A DNA stretch of 45,944 nucleotides. It comes from an uncultured Veillonellaceae bacterium. Its GTDB lineage: Bacteria; Bacillota; Negativicutes; UBA1444. This document shows positions 39,187 to 45,944 of this stretch, piece by piece. Both the position numbers and the translations under genes were made by a program. Within the stretch, counting starts at the first letter, position 1. Every line of letters starts with the position of its first letter. Below the pieces are notes generated by a model that searched no databases, was not told the origin of the DNA, and saw nothing but the letters and a program-made list of their open reading frames with translations. The DNA is taken from positions 1 through 45,944 of the forward strand of contig CAZXCC010000001.1 in the NCBI GenBank assembly GCA_964638945.1, read 5' to 3'.

Positions 39187-40101
39187 ATGGCTGAGGCAGC
39201 AAACTGGCAATCCATTGGCATGAGTGAGCATGTGGCCGCAAGTTTAATGGGGCGGACCGGCCGGATCGGACAGGTGCGTTCCATTTATTCGCGCCTTGTG
39301 AATGTCATTTTGTCGGATGGGGAATTATTGATAATTCAAGCCTCAGACCGCGAATGCACGCCAATGAGTCTTGTAGTGCATTGGCCGGCTGACGAAATAT
39401 TTGAAGCGGAACCTGGGCTGCCGGTGTATCGGCAGGAAAAACCGGAATCTTTGCGTTGCGGTTCCTGCGAAATCTCTTTGGCTGGAGCAGCATTATTCGG
39501 CAGTTTTGCCTCTGTGAAACCGGGGCAGGATTGTGCCGGAGCATTGCAGGTTCTAGAACAGCATTTTGCGAAATCCATGCGGAGGCAGTCGGTCTATGAT
39601 TTTTTGCAGAAGGCTGATACAGACGGAAGTGGAGCGATTGCCATGCCGCATTGCTATGGTGCTCTTATGCAGCAAAGAATCAGGACGCTTTCGAAAATGA
39701 TGCGGGACGGCAACTTGGAAGACAGCATGAATGCCGTTCTGAAACTGGTGGGGTTGGGTCCGGGATTGACGCCGGCAGGCGACGACTTCCTGCAGGGTTT
39801 CTTATTTTATTGCCGGACGTTGCCTTTCTTGAGCAAAATTACAGGCGAGATTTGCACGAAGATGAAATGGATGGGGCGGCTGGATACCACTGAAATCAGT
39901 AGAGCTTTTTGGCGGCATTTTCTTGCCGGTAGAGTGGCGGAGCCGGTTCGATGTTTGGCGGAGTCGTTCAATGCCGGTGATTGGACGTGTTTTTCCCGGC
40001 AGGTGGAACGAGTCTCCCGCATTGGACATTCCTCCGGAGACGATTATCTGTCCGGGGTCTGGTGGGCATTGAAAATGAGTGAAGGAAGTGGCGGCGCATG
40101 A
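39187..40101 (+). CDS. DUF2877-like (AllH/YlbF-like) protein; assignment from the GLGPGLTPAGDDFLQG motif only
   Basis: 304 aa and soluble. I recall the GxGxGLTPxGDD motif as the DUF2877 signature. There is a 9-nt gap after the MFS gene and an ATGA overlap with the next gene. Confidence 0.45.
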   Translation: MAEAANWQSIGMSEHVAASLMGRTGRIGQVRSIYSRLVNVILSDGELLIIQASDRECTPMSLVVHWPADEIFEAEPGLPVYRQEKPESLRCGSCEISLAGAALFGSFASVKPGQDCAGALQVLEQHFAKSMRRQSVYDFLQKADTDGSGAIAMPHCYGALMQQRIRTLSKMMRDGNLEDSMNAVLKLVGLGPGLTPAGDDFLQGFLFYCRTLPFLSKITGEICTKMKWMGRLDTTEISRAFWRHFLAGRVAEPVRCLAESFNAGDWTCFSRQVERVSRIGHSSGDDYLSGVWWALKMSEGSGGA

Positions 40102-40454
40102 AAAAACAAATGGCACTGCTGATCGGATTCACGGGCGGAGTTGTCGGGGGACTGTTGGGCATCGGCGGAGCAATTGTCCTTGTACCGTTGATGGTCAATT
40201 TTTTGGATGTAAAACAGCACATGGCTCATGCGACCAGCCTGGCTGTGATTATTCCGGGCGCAGTGGTCAGCGCTCTTGTTTATAAAGGATTTGGCCAGCT
40301 GGATTTTGAGCTTGCCGGCCTATTTGCCGTCGGGGGCATTGTGGGGGCATATATCGGGGCTTCTCTCATGCCTTATATCAAACCGTATGTGCTCAAACGC
40401 ATTTTTGCGGTTGTTACTCTCGTCATCGCCATCAGGATGGGAGTGGGGTTATGA
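40098..40454 (+). CDS. Half-size TSUP (TauE/SafE) family membrane protein, 4 TM
   Basis: 118 aa with one GLLGIGGA motif, equal to a single TSUP repeat unit. ATGA overlaps occur at both ends. Confidence 0.75.
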   Translation: MKKQMALLIGFTGGVVGGLLGIGGAIVLVPLMVNFLDVKQHMAHATSLAVIIPGAVVSALVYKGFGQLDFELAGLFAVGGIVGAYIGASLMPYIKPYVLKRIFAVVTLVIAIRMGVGL

Positions 40455-40855
40455 TTGTCATCGCAATTCTCACCGGAATGACTACAGGCATCCTTAGCGG
40501 CTTGCTTGGAATTGGCGGTGGAGCAATATTGGTTGCATCCGCAGTGGTGTTTATGGGGATCGGTCAGCATGCCGCGCAGGCAGCAGCTCTTGTCGCGATG
40601 ATTCCGACGGCTTTGGTCGGGGTGGCCAAACATCATCGGAACAAGATGATCAATTATCAAGTGGTTCCGTATCTTGCGGTGGGCCTCATATTTGGCGGAG
40701 CGGTTGGTGCGTATGTTGCCAACAGTATTTCCGAGTTGCTGCTTCGAAAAATTTTCAGCGCTTTTTTTGCCGTTATGAGTCTGCAAATGTTCTGGTCATC
40801 ATATAAGCAGGGAAAGCAGGCAAAGGCGGCAGAAAAAAAGCCGGAAGAAAAATAG
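40451..40855 (+). CDS. Half-size TSUP (TauE/SafE) family membrane protein, 4 TM, second half
   Basis: 134 aa with one GLLGIGGGA motif and a lysine-rich tail. It is paralogous to the preceding gene. Confidence 0.75.
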   Translation: MIVIAILTGMTTGILSGLLGIGGGAILVASAVVFMGIGQHAAQAAALVAMIPTALVGVAKHHRNKMINYQVVPYLAVGLIFGGAVGAYVANSISELLLRKIFSAFFAVMSLQMFWSSYKQGKQAKAAEKKPEEK

Positions 40856-40920
40856 AAATAAGACAGCCGGATACCTGATAACGGACATTTCCGGCGCAGG
40901 CCACACGACAGGAGAAAATT

Positions 40921-40972
40921 AGAGGCATTCGTCGCTGCAAAATGATTATTGCAACGTCGAATGCCTCTTTTC
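40921..40972. terminator. Strong hairpin terminator between convergent genes
   Basis: AGAGGCATTCGTCGCTGC / GCAACGTCGAATGCCTCT forms a stem followed by TTTTC. Confidence 0.75.
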
Positions 40973-40995
40973 ATTCCATTACTGCCTGTCGAGAA

Positions 40996-42162
40996 TCACA
41001 AGCCTGACAACGCTTCTTTCATTTTTGCACACGCTTCCCTCAATACGGATTCTTCCCGCAGATAGCAGAAACGCGCATAACCCTCTCCGTTTGGACCGAA
41101 GCAGGTGCCGGGGACTGTGGCCACACCGGCCTTGTCGAGAACAGTGCGGGCAAATTCCTGGCTGGACAGTCCGGTACCCCGGATATTGGGGAAGGCATAG
41201 ATGGCACCTTTGGGTGCGGGGCAGGAGATGCCGGGAATCTGATTAAGTTCGCTGACCATAACATCCCGTAGATGCTGATAAAAACCCATGCGTTCACGCA
41301 AAAGAGCAGGATCGCCTTCCAACGCACTTATGCCGGCGTACTGAATAAACGGCGGCACGCAGGAGTATATTGTCTGGAACATCATGCCCATTTTGGCCAT
41401 CAGGTCGGCCGGACCTACAGCATAGCCGAGACGCCAGCCTGACATTGAGAAGCCTTTGGAAAAACCATGCAGGATGATGGTGCGTTCCCGGCATTGATCC
41501 AAGGCAGAAGGCGAATGATGTTTCAGCCCCTCATATAGATTTTCGGAATACATTTCGTCGCTAAGAACCCACAAATCATATTTTTTTGCGATAGCGGCGA
41601 TTTGTAGGGTTTCTTCCTTCGTCATGACGGCGCCGGTAGGATTTTGCGGCGTATTGATGATAATCAGCTTGGTCCTGTCGGTAATTTTTGCTTCCAGGTC
41701 GTCGGGATTCAGACGGAAACCATTGGATTCATGTACAGGGACCCTTACATCCTTGAAGCCAAGGTAGCCTGTGACAGCAAAATAGGAAGGAAATCCCGGA
41801 TCGGGGAAGATGACTTCATCGCCGGGGTCAACAAGACAACGGACAACAAAATCGATGATGCTGTTGGAGGGCAAAACCACGATCTGTGCCAAGTCGGGTT
41901 TGAATCCCCAACCCCTTTCGATGTAGCTGCGGACAGATTGGCGCAGGGGCTCGATGCCCATGGAGTTGACATAACGGGTATGTCCGGCATCAAGAGCGTT
42001 TTTGGTAGCTGCGATGATGTGAGGGTGTGCGTCGAAGTCCGAGTCCCCCACTTCAAAGCGGTATACCTTGCGTCCGGCTGCCTCCATTGCCGTAACAGTG
42101 GTCAGAATTTCGAGCATGGGTTGTCCGACGAGACCTTGGGTAAGCTTCGAAAATGTACGCAT
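40996..42162 (-). CDS. Class I/II PLP aminotransferase (aspartate/aromatic aminotransferase-like)
   Basis: It has the NTPQNPTG and FSKGFSMSGWRLGY (PLP Lys) motifs. ATG 42162 (MRTFSKL) has AAGGAG 8 nt upstream. The listed 59-aa N-terminal extension is low-complexity and lies upstream of the RBS. Confidence 0.85.
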   Translation of the reverse strand: MRTFSKLTQGLVGQPMLEILTTVTAMEAAGRKVYRFEVGDSDFDAHPHIIAATKNALDAGHTRYVNSMGIEPLRQSVRSYIERGWGFKPDLAQIVVLPSNSIIDFVVRCLVDPGDEVIFPDPGFPSYFAVTGYLGFKDVRVPVHESNGFRLNPDDLEAKITDRTKLIIINTPQNPTGAVMTKEETLQIAAIAKKYDLWVLSDEMYSENLYEGLKHHSPSALDQCRERTIILHGFSKGFSMSGWRLGYAVGPADLMAKMGMMFQTIYSCVPPFIQYAGISALEGDPALLRERMGFYQHLRDVMVSELNQIPGISCPAPKGAIYAFPNIRGTGLSSQEFARTVLDKAGVATVPGTCFGPNGEGYARFCYLREESVLREACAKMKEALSGL

Positions 42163-42370
42163 CAACAAGACTCCTTTTCCAACGAACATTTGAACTTTGC
42201 ACAATGACATTTTATGTTGAAAGGGAAAAAATGTCCATAATAAAAAAGAAGAACACATAAGATATTTCCTTGATAATACAGGAATTGATGAAGGAAGAAA
42301 GGAAATAGTACTCGATGATAAATGGCTCCGGTAATTCAATGCATACCTTGTTATCAGAGGAGGCCAAAAG

Positions 42371-43552
42371 ATGAACGCTCAACGATGGCTGCACCAGATT
42401 TTGGGATGGCTTTTCGTCATGTTGGTGTTTACAGGCGCTTTTCTGCATAGTGAAGCGCTGCGGGGAACAATAGCCGACTGGCGCTCGGTTTTGCGTGTTC
42501 TGCACTTTGTTTTCGGCGGGAGCTTTATCGTTGCTTTTCTGGCGAACGTGCCATATTTTTGGACTTTTCGTTTTGGGAAAGCGGATGGGTTGAACAGGCG
42601 GGAATATGTTTGGCTGCTGCTGTTTTTCGGGGTAGTATGGCTTATTACCGGCACGGGTTTGATTCTTGCGACGATGTCGGGATGGACCGGACCACTGACG
42701 AATCATCTTTATCTGCTGCATATCATGGTCGCGACAATTGGCACACTATGCCTGTTTCCCCATCTGATTCATGCGATAGCAGTCCGATGGCATTCCCGAG
42801 ATACGGTTCGGGAAGTGCTGGATGAAGGAGAGGAAAGGACAGGACGGCGCAGTTTTTTACAGTTTCTTCTTAGCGGGCTTTTTGCCGGGGGCATCATTGT
42901 GGCCTGGAGATGGGTTGGACAGAGGGCTGCTACAGTAAAAACAGAAACAATGGAAATTTTTGCCCAATGCAACAAAATGTCGCCAGTGCCGACGCCGTTG
43001 CCTGATTCGCTCCCGCCGAAAGGCGGCGGATACACAGGGAAATTTCGCGTATACAAGATCGATTCACAGATTCCTTGTACGACAAGCGCCGATTGGAAAT
43101 TCAGCATCAGTGGCCTGGTGGATAAACCGCAGATATTTCGATGGGAAGATTTTCTCAAGTTGCCGCGCGTGGTACAAGTGAGCGACTTTCATTGTGTCGA
43201 AGGCTGGTCGGTCTACAAAATAACCTATGAAGGAGTTCGTTTGACGGATTTGTTGGATTTTGCAGGTGTAAAACCACAGGCGAAATACGTGAAGTTTTAT
43301 TCCGCCGAAGGGGTTTACACCGAATCGTTGACATTGGAACAGGCCAGACTGCCTGATGTAATGGCGGCAGTGCTGATCGATGGCATGCAAATTCCTTCAG
43401 ACCTCGGTGGTCCGGTTCGTTTGGTAATTCCGCAGATGTTTGCCTACAAAGCTCTGAAATGGTTTGTAGGGATGGAACTGACCGATGAGCAACACAAAGG
43501 GTATTGGGAAGTCCGGGGATATCCGGTGGATGCATGGGTCAAGCCGAACTAA
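42371..43552 (+). CDS. Fusion of a 4-TM His-rich cytochrome-b-like membrane domain, an internal twin-arginine helix and a sulfite-oxidase-fold molybdopterin domain (MsrQ-MsrP-like)
   Basis: TM1-4 carry conserved His residues. The motif TGRRSFLQFLLSGLFAGGIIVAW begins at 42842. The C-terminal domain has the Mo-ligand block SDFHCVEGWSV. Confidence 0.7.
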   Translation: MNAQRWLHQILGWLFVMLVFTGAFLHSEALRGTIADWRSVLRVLHFVFGGSFIVAFLANVPYFWTFRFGKADGLNRREYVWLLLFFGVVWLITGTGLILATMSGWTGPLTNHLYLLHIMVATIGTLCLFPHLIHAIAVRWHSRDTVREVLDEGEERTGRRSFLQFLLSGLFAGGIIVAWRWVGQRAATVKTETMEIFAQCNKMSPVPTPLPDSLPPKGGGYTGKFRVYKIDSQIPCTTSADWKFSISGLVDKPQIFRWEDFLKLPRVVQVSDFHCVEGWSVYKITYEGVRLTDLLDFAGVKPQAKYVKFYSAEGVYTESLTLEQARLPDVMAAVLIDGMQIPSDLGGPVRLVIPQMFAYKALKWFVGMELTDEQHKGYWEVRGYPVDAWVKPN

Positions 43553-43728
43553 ATTGGGCACTCCTGTTTCTGTGAAGACAGGGGGATTTTACAGAAAAAT
43601 ATAGAAATATTCTGTGAATTTGGAATTTGTTGCAGGAAGAACGAAATGTTTTGGAGAAGAAACCCTGTAGAATACGAATGTCGATAGAGAAAGCTGCATC
43701 GAGTATCCGGAAAACCGGAGGTGGTGCC

Positions 43729-44178
43729 ATGAAATGCTGGAAGTTGTTTTTGATAGGCGTTGTATCGGGTTTTGTGCTGCTGTTGGCCATGGGAGCGGGA
43801 TATCAATGGGCCGGGACCCCGGGTTTCTGCGGGTCCTGTCACAGCATGGAGCGCGTGCAGCGAACATGGCAGACAAGCAATCATCAACAGTTTGCCTGTA
43901 TTGAATGCCATCTTCCCCATCAGAGTTTTGCAAAAAGTTTTGGCTACAAGGCAAAAGCAGGTATGCGCGATGTAGTCGATGAATTTGGCAGAAATTACAG
44001 CATAGCGACGCCTTTATCAGCCGAAGCGAACAAAATACTGCAGGACAATTGTCTCCGATGCCATTCTTCGACTGTTGCCAACACCCGAATGACGCGCGGG
44101 GAAGCGCAGTGTATACAGTGTCACAGGGAATTGGTTCATGGGCGCGGAGAGCCGAAAGGGGTGTCGCGTGTTGAGTAG
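43729..44178 (+). CDS. nrfH: NrfH, membrane-anchored tetrahaem cytochrome c quinol dehydrogenase (NapC/NirT family)
   Basis: It has an N-terminal TM helix and four CxxCH motifs (CGSCH, CIECH, CLRCH, CIQCH). ATG 43729 is preceded by GGAGGTGG. Confidence 0.9.
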   Translation: MKCWKLFLIGVVSGFVLLLAMGAGYQWAGTPGFCGSCHSMERVQRTWQTSNHQQFACIECHLPHQSFAKSFGYKAKAGMRDVVDEFGRNYSIATPLSAEANKILQDNCLRCHSSTVANTRMTRGEAQCIQCHRELVHGRGEPKGVSRVE

Positions 44179-45454
44179 GAAACTGAAATTTTTTGTTGCA
44201 GTGGCGTTGGCAGTCGTTGTGGTGTTTGGAATCGTTGTGGTCAGGACCTTTGTGCAAAAGCCACAAGAGGCGGTAACCATACGTCCAATACCCGCCGGCG
44301 AATATGATCCGGCGGTATGGGGTAAATCCTACCCTCTGCAATACGCCAGTTATTTGAAAAATCGCGGGATGTCTCCTTCCCCGACCGGATACGGCGGCAG
44401 CGAAAAAGTGCAGAAATCGATTCAACAGCCGGAAATATTGGCGAATTTCAAAGGGTATCCCTTCAGTCTTGATTATACAGAAGATCGGGGGCATCCGTAT
44501 GCGTTGGAAGATCTGAAGGATACAAAACGAATCGGCCCTGCCAGCGTAGGCGCCTGTATTACATGTAAAACGCCGCAGGTCGAAGGTTTTTTTCGCGACA
44601 TGGGGTGGGGATATGCCAAAGTACCATTGTCTGAGTTGATTCAAAAGACAAAGCACCCGGTAGTGTGCGGGAACTGCCATGACCCGGCCACGATGGATCT
44701 GCGGGTAATTAACCCGGCTTTCATTGAGGCGATGAACCGGCGGGGAGTCGACGTAAAGAAGGCTCCACGGGAAGAGATGCGGAGTTATGTGTGTGGACAG
44801 TGCCATGCAGAGTATTATTTTGAACCGGGTACCAGCCGGGTGGTTTTACCCTGGGACAGAGGGATGACTCCGCAGGCTATGTATGATTACTATGCAACCA
44901 AGCCTAACGGATTTGCGCAGGACTGGCAGCATCCGGATTCGAAGGCGTCAATGTTGAAGTCCCAGCATCCGGATTTTGAAACCTGGAGCCAGGGTACGCA
45001 TGGAAAGGCTGGTGTTTCCTGCGCTGACTGTCATATGCCGTTCATGCGTGAAAAAGGACAGAAATATTCATCACATTGGGTGACAAGCCCGTTGAAGCAT
45101 CTTCAGGCTTCCTGCAGAACATGCCACACGCAGGATGAAGCATGGTTGTTCGAACGGGTCAAATCTACGCAGGATCAGACGTGGCAACTTCTGCACACTG
45201 CTGGATTGACGATTGCCAAGGCGCATGAGGCAACAGGCAAGGCATCGTCCCTGACAACGTCAGATCTTGCAGAGCTGGCGAAGGCCAGGGAATTGATCCG
45301 CAAAGCACAATGGTATTGGGACATGGTGGCAGCGGAAAACAGTATGGGGGTCCACAATCCGACAGGCAGCCTGAACATACTCGGTCAGTCCATCGATTTG
45401 GCTCATCAGGCTATCGATAGCGCGAACAAGGCGGCCGGCAGTATGCTTCGATGA
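44168..45454 (+). CDS. nrfA: NrfA, pentahaem cytochrome c552 nitrite reductase
   Basis: It has the active-site CITCK (CxxCK) motif plus CGNCH, CGQCH, CADCH and CRTCH. The signal anchor is LKFFVAVALAVVVVFGIVVV. The start is GTG 44168 or TTG 44171, overlapping the nrfH stop. Confidence 0.9.
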   Translation: MLSRKLKFFVAVALAVVVVFGIVVVRTFVQKPQEAVTIRPIPAGEYDPAVWGKSYPLQYASYLKNRGMSPSPTGYGGSEKVQKSIQQPEILANFKGYPFSLDYTEDRGHPYALEDLKDTKRIGPASVGACITCKTPQVEGFFRDMGWGYAKVPLSELIQKTKHPVVCGNCHDPATMDLRVINPAFIEAMNRRGVDVKKAPREEMRSYVCGQCHAEYYFEPGTSRVVLPWDRGMTPQAMYDYYATKPNGFAQDWQHPDSKASMLKSQHPDFETWSQGTHGKAGVSCADCHMPFMREKGQKYSSHWVTSPLKHLQASCRTCHTQDEAWLFERVKSTQDQTWQLLHTAGLTIAKAHEATGKASSLTTSDLAELAKARELIRKAQWYWDMVAAENSMGVHNPTGSLNILGQSIDLAHQAIDSANKAAGSMLR

Positions 45455-45466
45455 GGGTTTTCTTAA

Positions 45467-45510
45467 TACTGCCATCGACTCCTTTTGGTCGGAGCGGTGG
45501 CAGTTTTTTT
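45467..45510 (+). terminator. Rho-independent terminator after nrfA
   Basis: ACTGCCATCGACTCC / GGAGCGGTGGCAGT forms a stem followed by TTTTTTT. Confidence 0.7.
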
Positions 45511-45767
45511 ATGCGGGAGATTTCTGATAAAAACGGAATTGGTGTCTGATACGAGTTATTGGGGTATACTTTCGGCTTGAATTTCGGTTTATGCTTGCGT
45601 TTTTGGTTTATTGTGTTAGAGAATCTGAAAACCAGCAATTTTGCAGTGTTTTCAGCAGGGCAAGGAGATCCGTTTGGAGATCCGGCAGGGAGAAGGCTTT
45701 TTTGGCAGAATGATTACTAAGGAAAAGTTGGTTGGGGCTTACGAATGTTTGTATGGAGGAAAGCAAA

Positions 45768-45944
45768 ATGAAAACAATGAAACCATGGGGCTGTTTTGTA
45801 CTTTGTTGCTTGTTGTTGCTGCCCTGCTCAGGTGTTTTTGCGCAAACACAGACAATGCGTTATGAAATTGCCGACGCACATACTCATTATACGGACTGGT
45901 TTCAGAACACGGAAGGTATTGAATCCTTTCTGGAAAGTCTGGAC
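45768..45944 (+). CDS. 5' part of a secreted protein, possibly an amidohydrolase-fold metal hydrolase; continues beyond the window
   Basis: ATG has GGAGGA 8 nt upstream. The signal peptide is MKTMKPWGCFVLCCLLLLPCSGVFA, followed by EIADAHTHY (an HxH motif). The frame is open to the last base. At 59 codons it is absent from the ORF track. Confidence 0.4.
   Translation, partial: MKTMKPWGCFVLCCLLLLPCSGVFAQTQTMRYEIADAHTHYTDWFQNTEGIESFLESLD

Noticed and set aside
42205-42236. An inverted repeat GACATTTT-N14-AAAATGTC in the divergent region between the aminotransferase and the haem-Moco gene.
   Set aside because: It is a single 8-bp AT-rich inverted repeat with no second copy or partner regulator. 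The evidence is insufficient to call an operator.
40996-42339. N-terminal extensions suggested by the longest-ORF coordinates. These are the 447-aa version of the aminotransferase and the listed starts at 20178, 21983, 31600, 32852, 43627, 44138, 36700, 3258 and 5037.
   Set aside because: In each case an internal start has a proper Shine-Dalgarno at 6-10 nt, matches homologue N-termini or an ATGA/GTGA coupling point, or the extension overlaps an upstream terminator or gene. The shorter coordinates were used.
43555-43571. A sigma-54-like element TGGGCAC-N5-TTTC upstream of nrfH.
   Set aside because: The spacing from GGCAC fits, but the invariant -12 GC is TC and there is an extra G in the -24 box. 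It also lies directly at the stop of the upstream gene. It is probably a chance match.
43589-44806. A 405-aa ORF antisense to nrfH/nrfA. Other long antisense ORFs are 16460-17425, 9994-10761, 4183-4926, 26908-27681, 13978-14664, 32114-32749, 35858-36439 and 30743-31309.
   Set aside because: Each lies entirely opposite a gene with unambiguous family motifs. Their translations are low-complexity (Arg/Pro/His/Cys-rich) with no recognisable domains and no RBS. They are shadow ORFs, as expected in ~50% GC coding DNA.

Overview
This is a 45.9-kb, densely coding chromosomal window with about 43 protein genes. I recognise no rRNA, tRNA, CRISPR array, transposase, integrase or phage gene. The backbone is anaerobic central and energy metabolism: pyruvate carboxylase, pyruvate:ferredoxin oxidoreductase, Fe-alcohol dehydrogenase, PTS-glucose EIICBA and NrfHA cytochrome c nitrite reductase. 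Small accessory cassettes of poorly characterised function sit between these genes. Firmicute-style genes (ECF transporter, EIICBA, YigZ, sigma-54 activator) co-occur with ExbB-ExbD-TonB, so a diderm Firmicute (Negativicutes-like) is the simplest host guess; this is inference only. No classical defence or mobile system is visible. The candidates most worth follow-up are listed here. (1) An ECF transporter compressed into two polypeptides, a fused A-A' ATPase plus a T component covalently fused to an S-component-like domain. (2) A SemiSWEET (PQ-loop) half-transporter carrying a C-terminal CX2CX2CX3CP iron-sulfur motif, at the end of an operon that contains ExbB-ExbD-TonB and a secreted esterase but no outer-membrane receptor. 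(3) A translationally coupled cassette of aminotransferase, MFS, DUF2877-like protein and two half-size TSUP genes. (4) An operon of M20 amidohydrolase, DUF3100-like protein and a small membrane protein, with paired palindromic operators upstream. (5) A lone BKACE (DUF849) gene behind a textbook -24/-12 sigma-54 promoter, with its PAS-AAA+ activator next door. (6) A haem-b/molybdopterin fusion protein whose fifth helix is an internal twin-arginine signal, sitting upstream of nrfHA. All family assignments are by-eye motif recognition and need HMM or structure confirmation.
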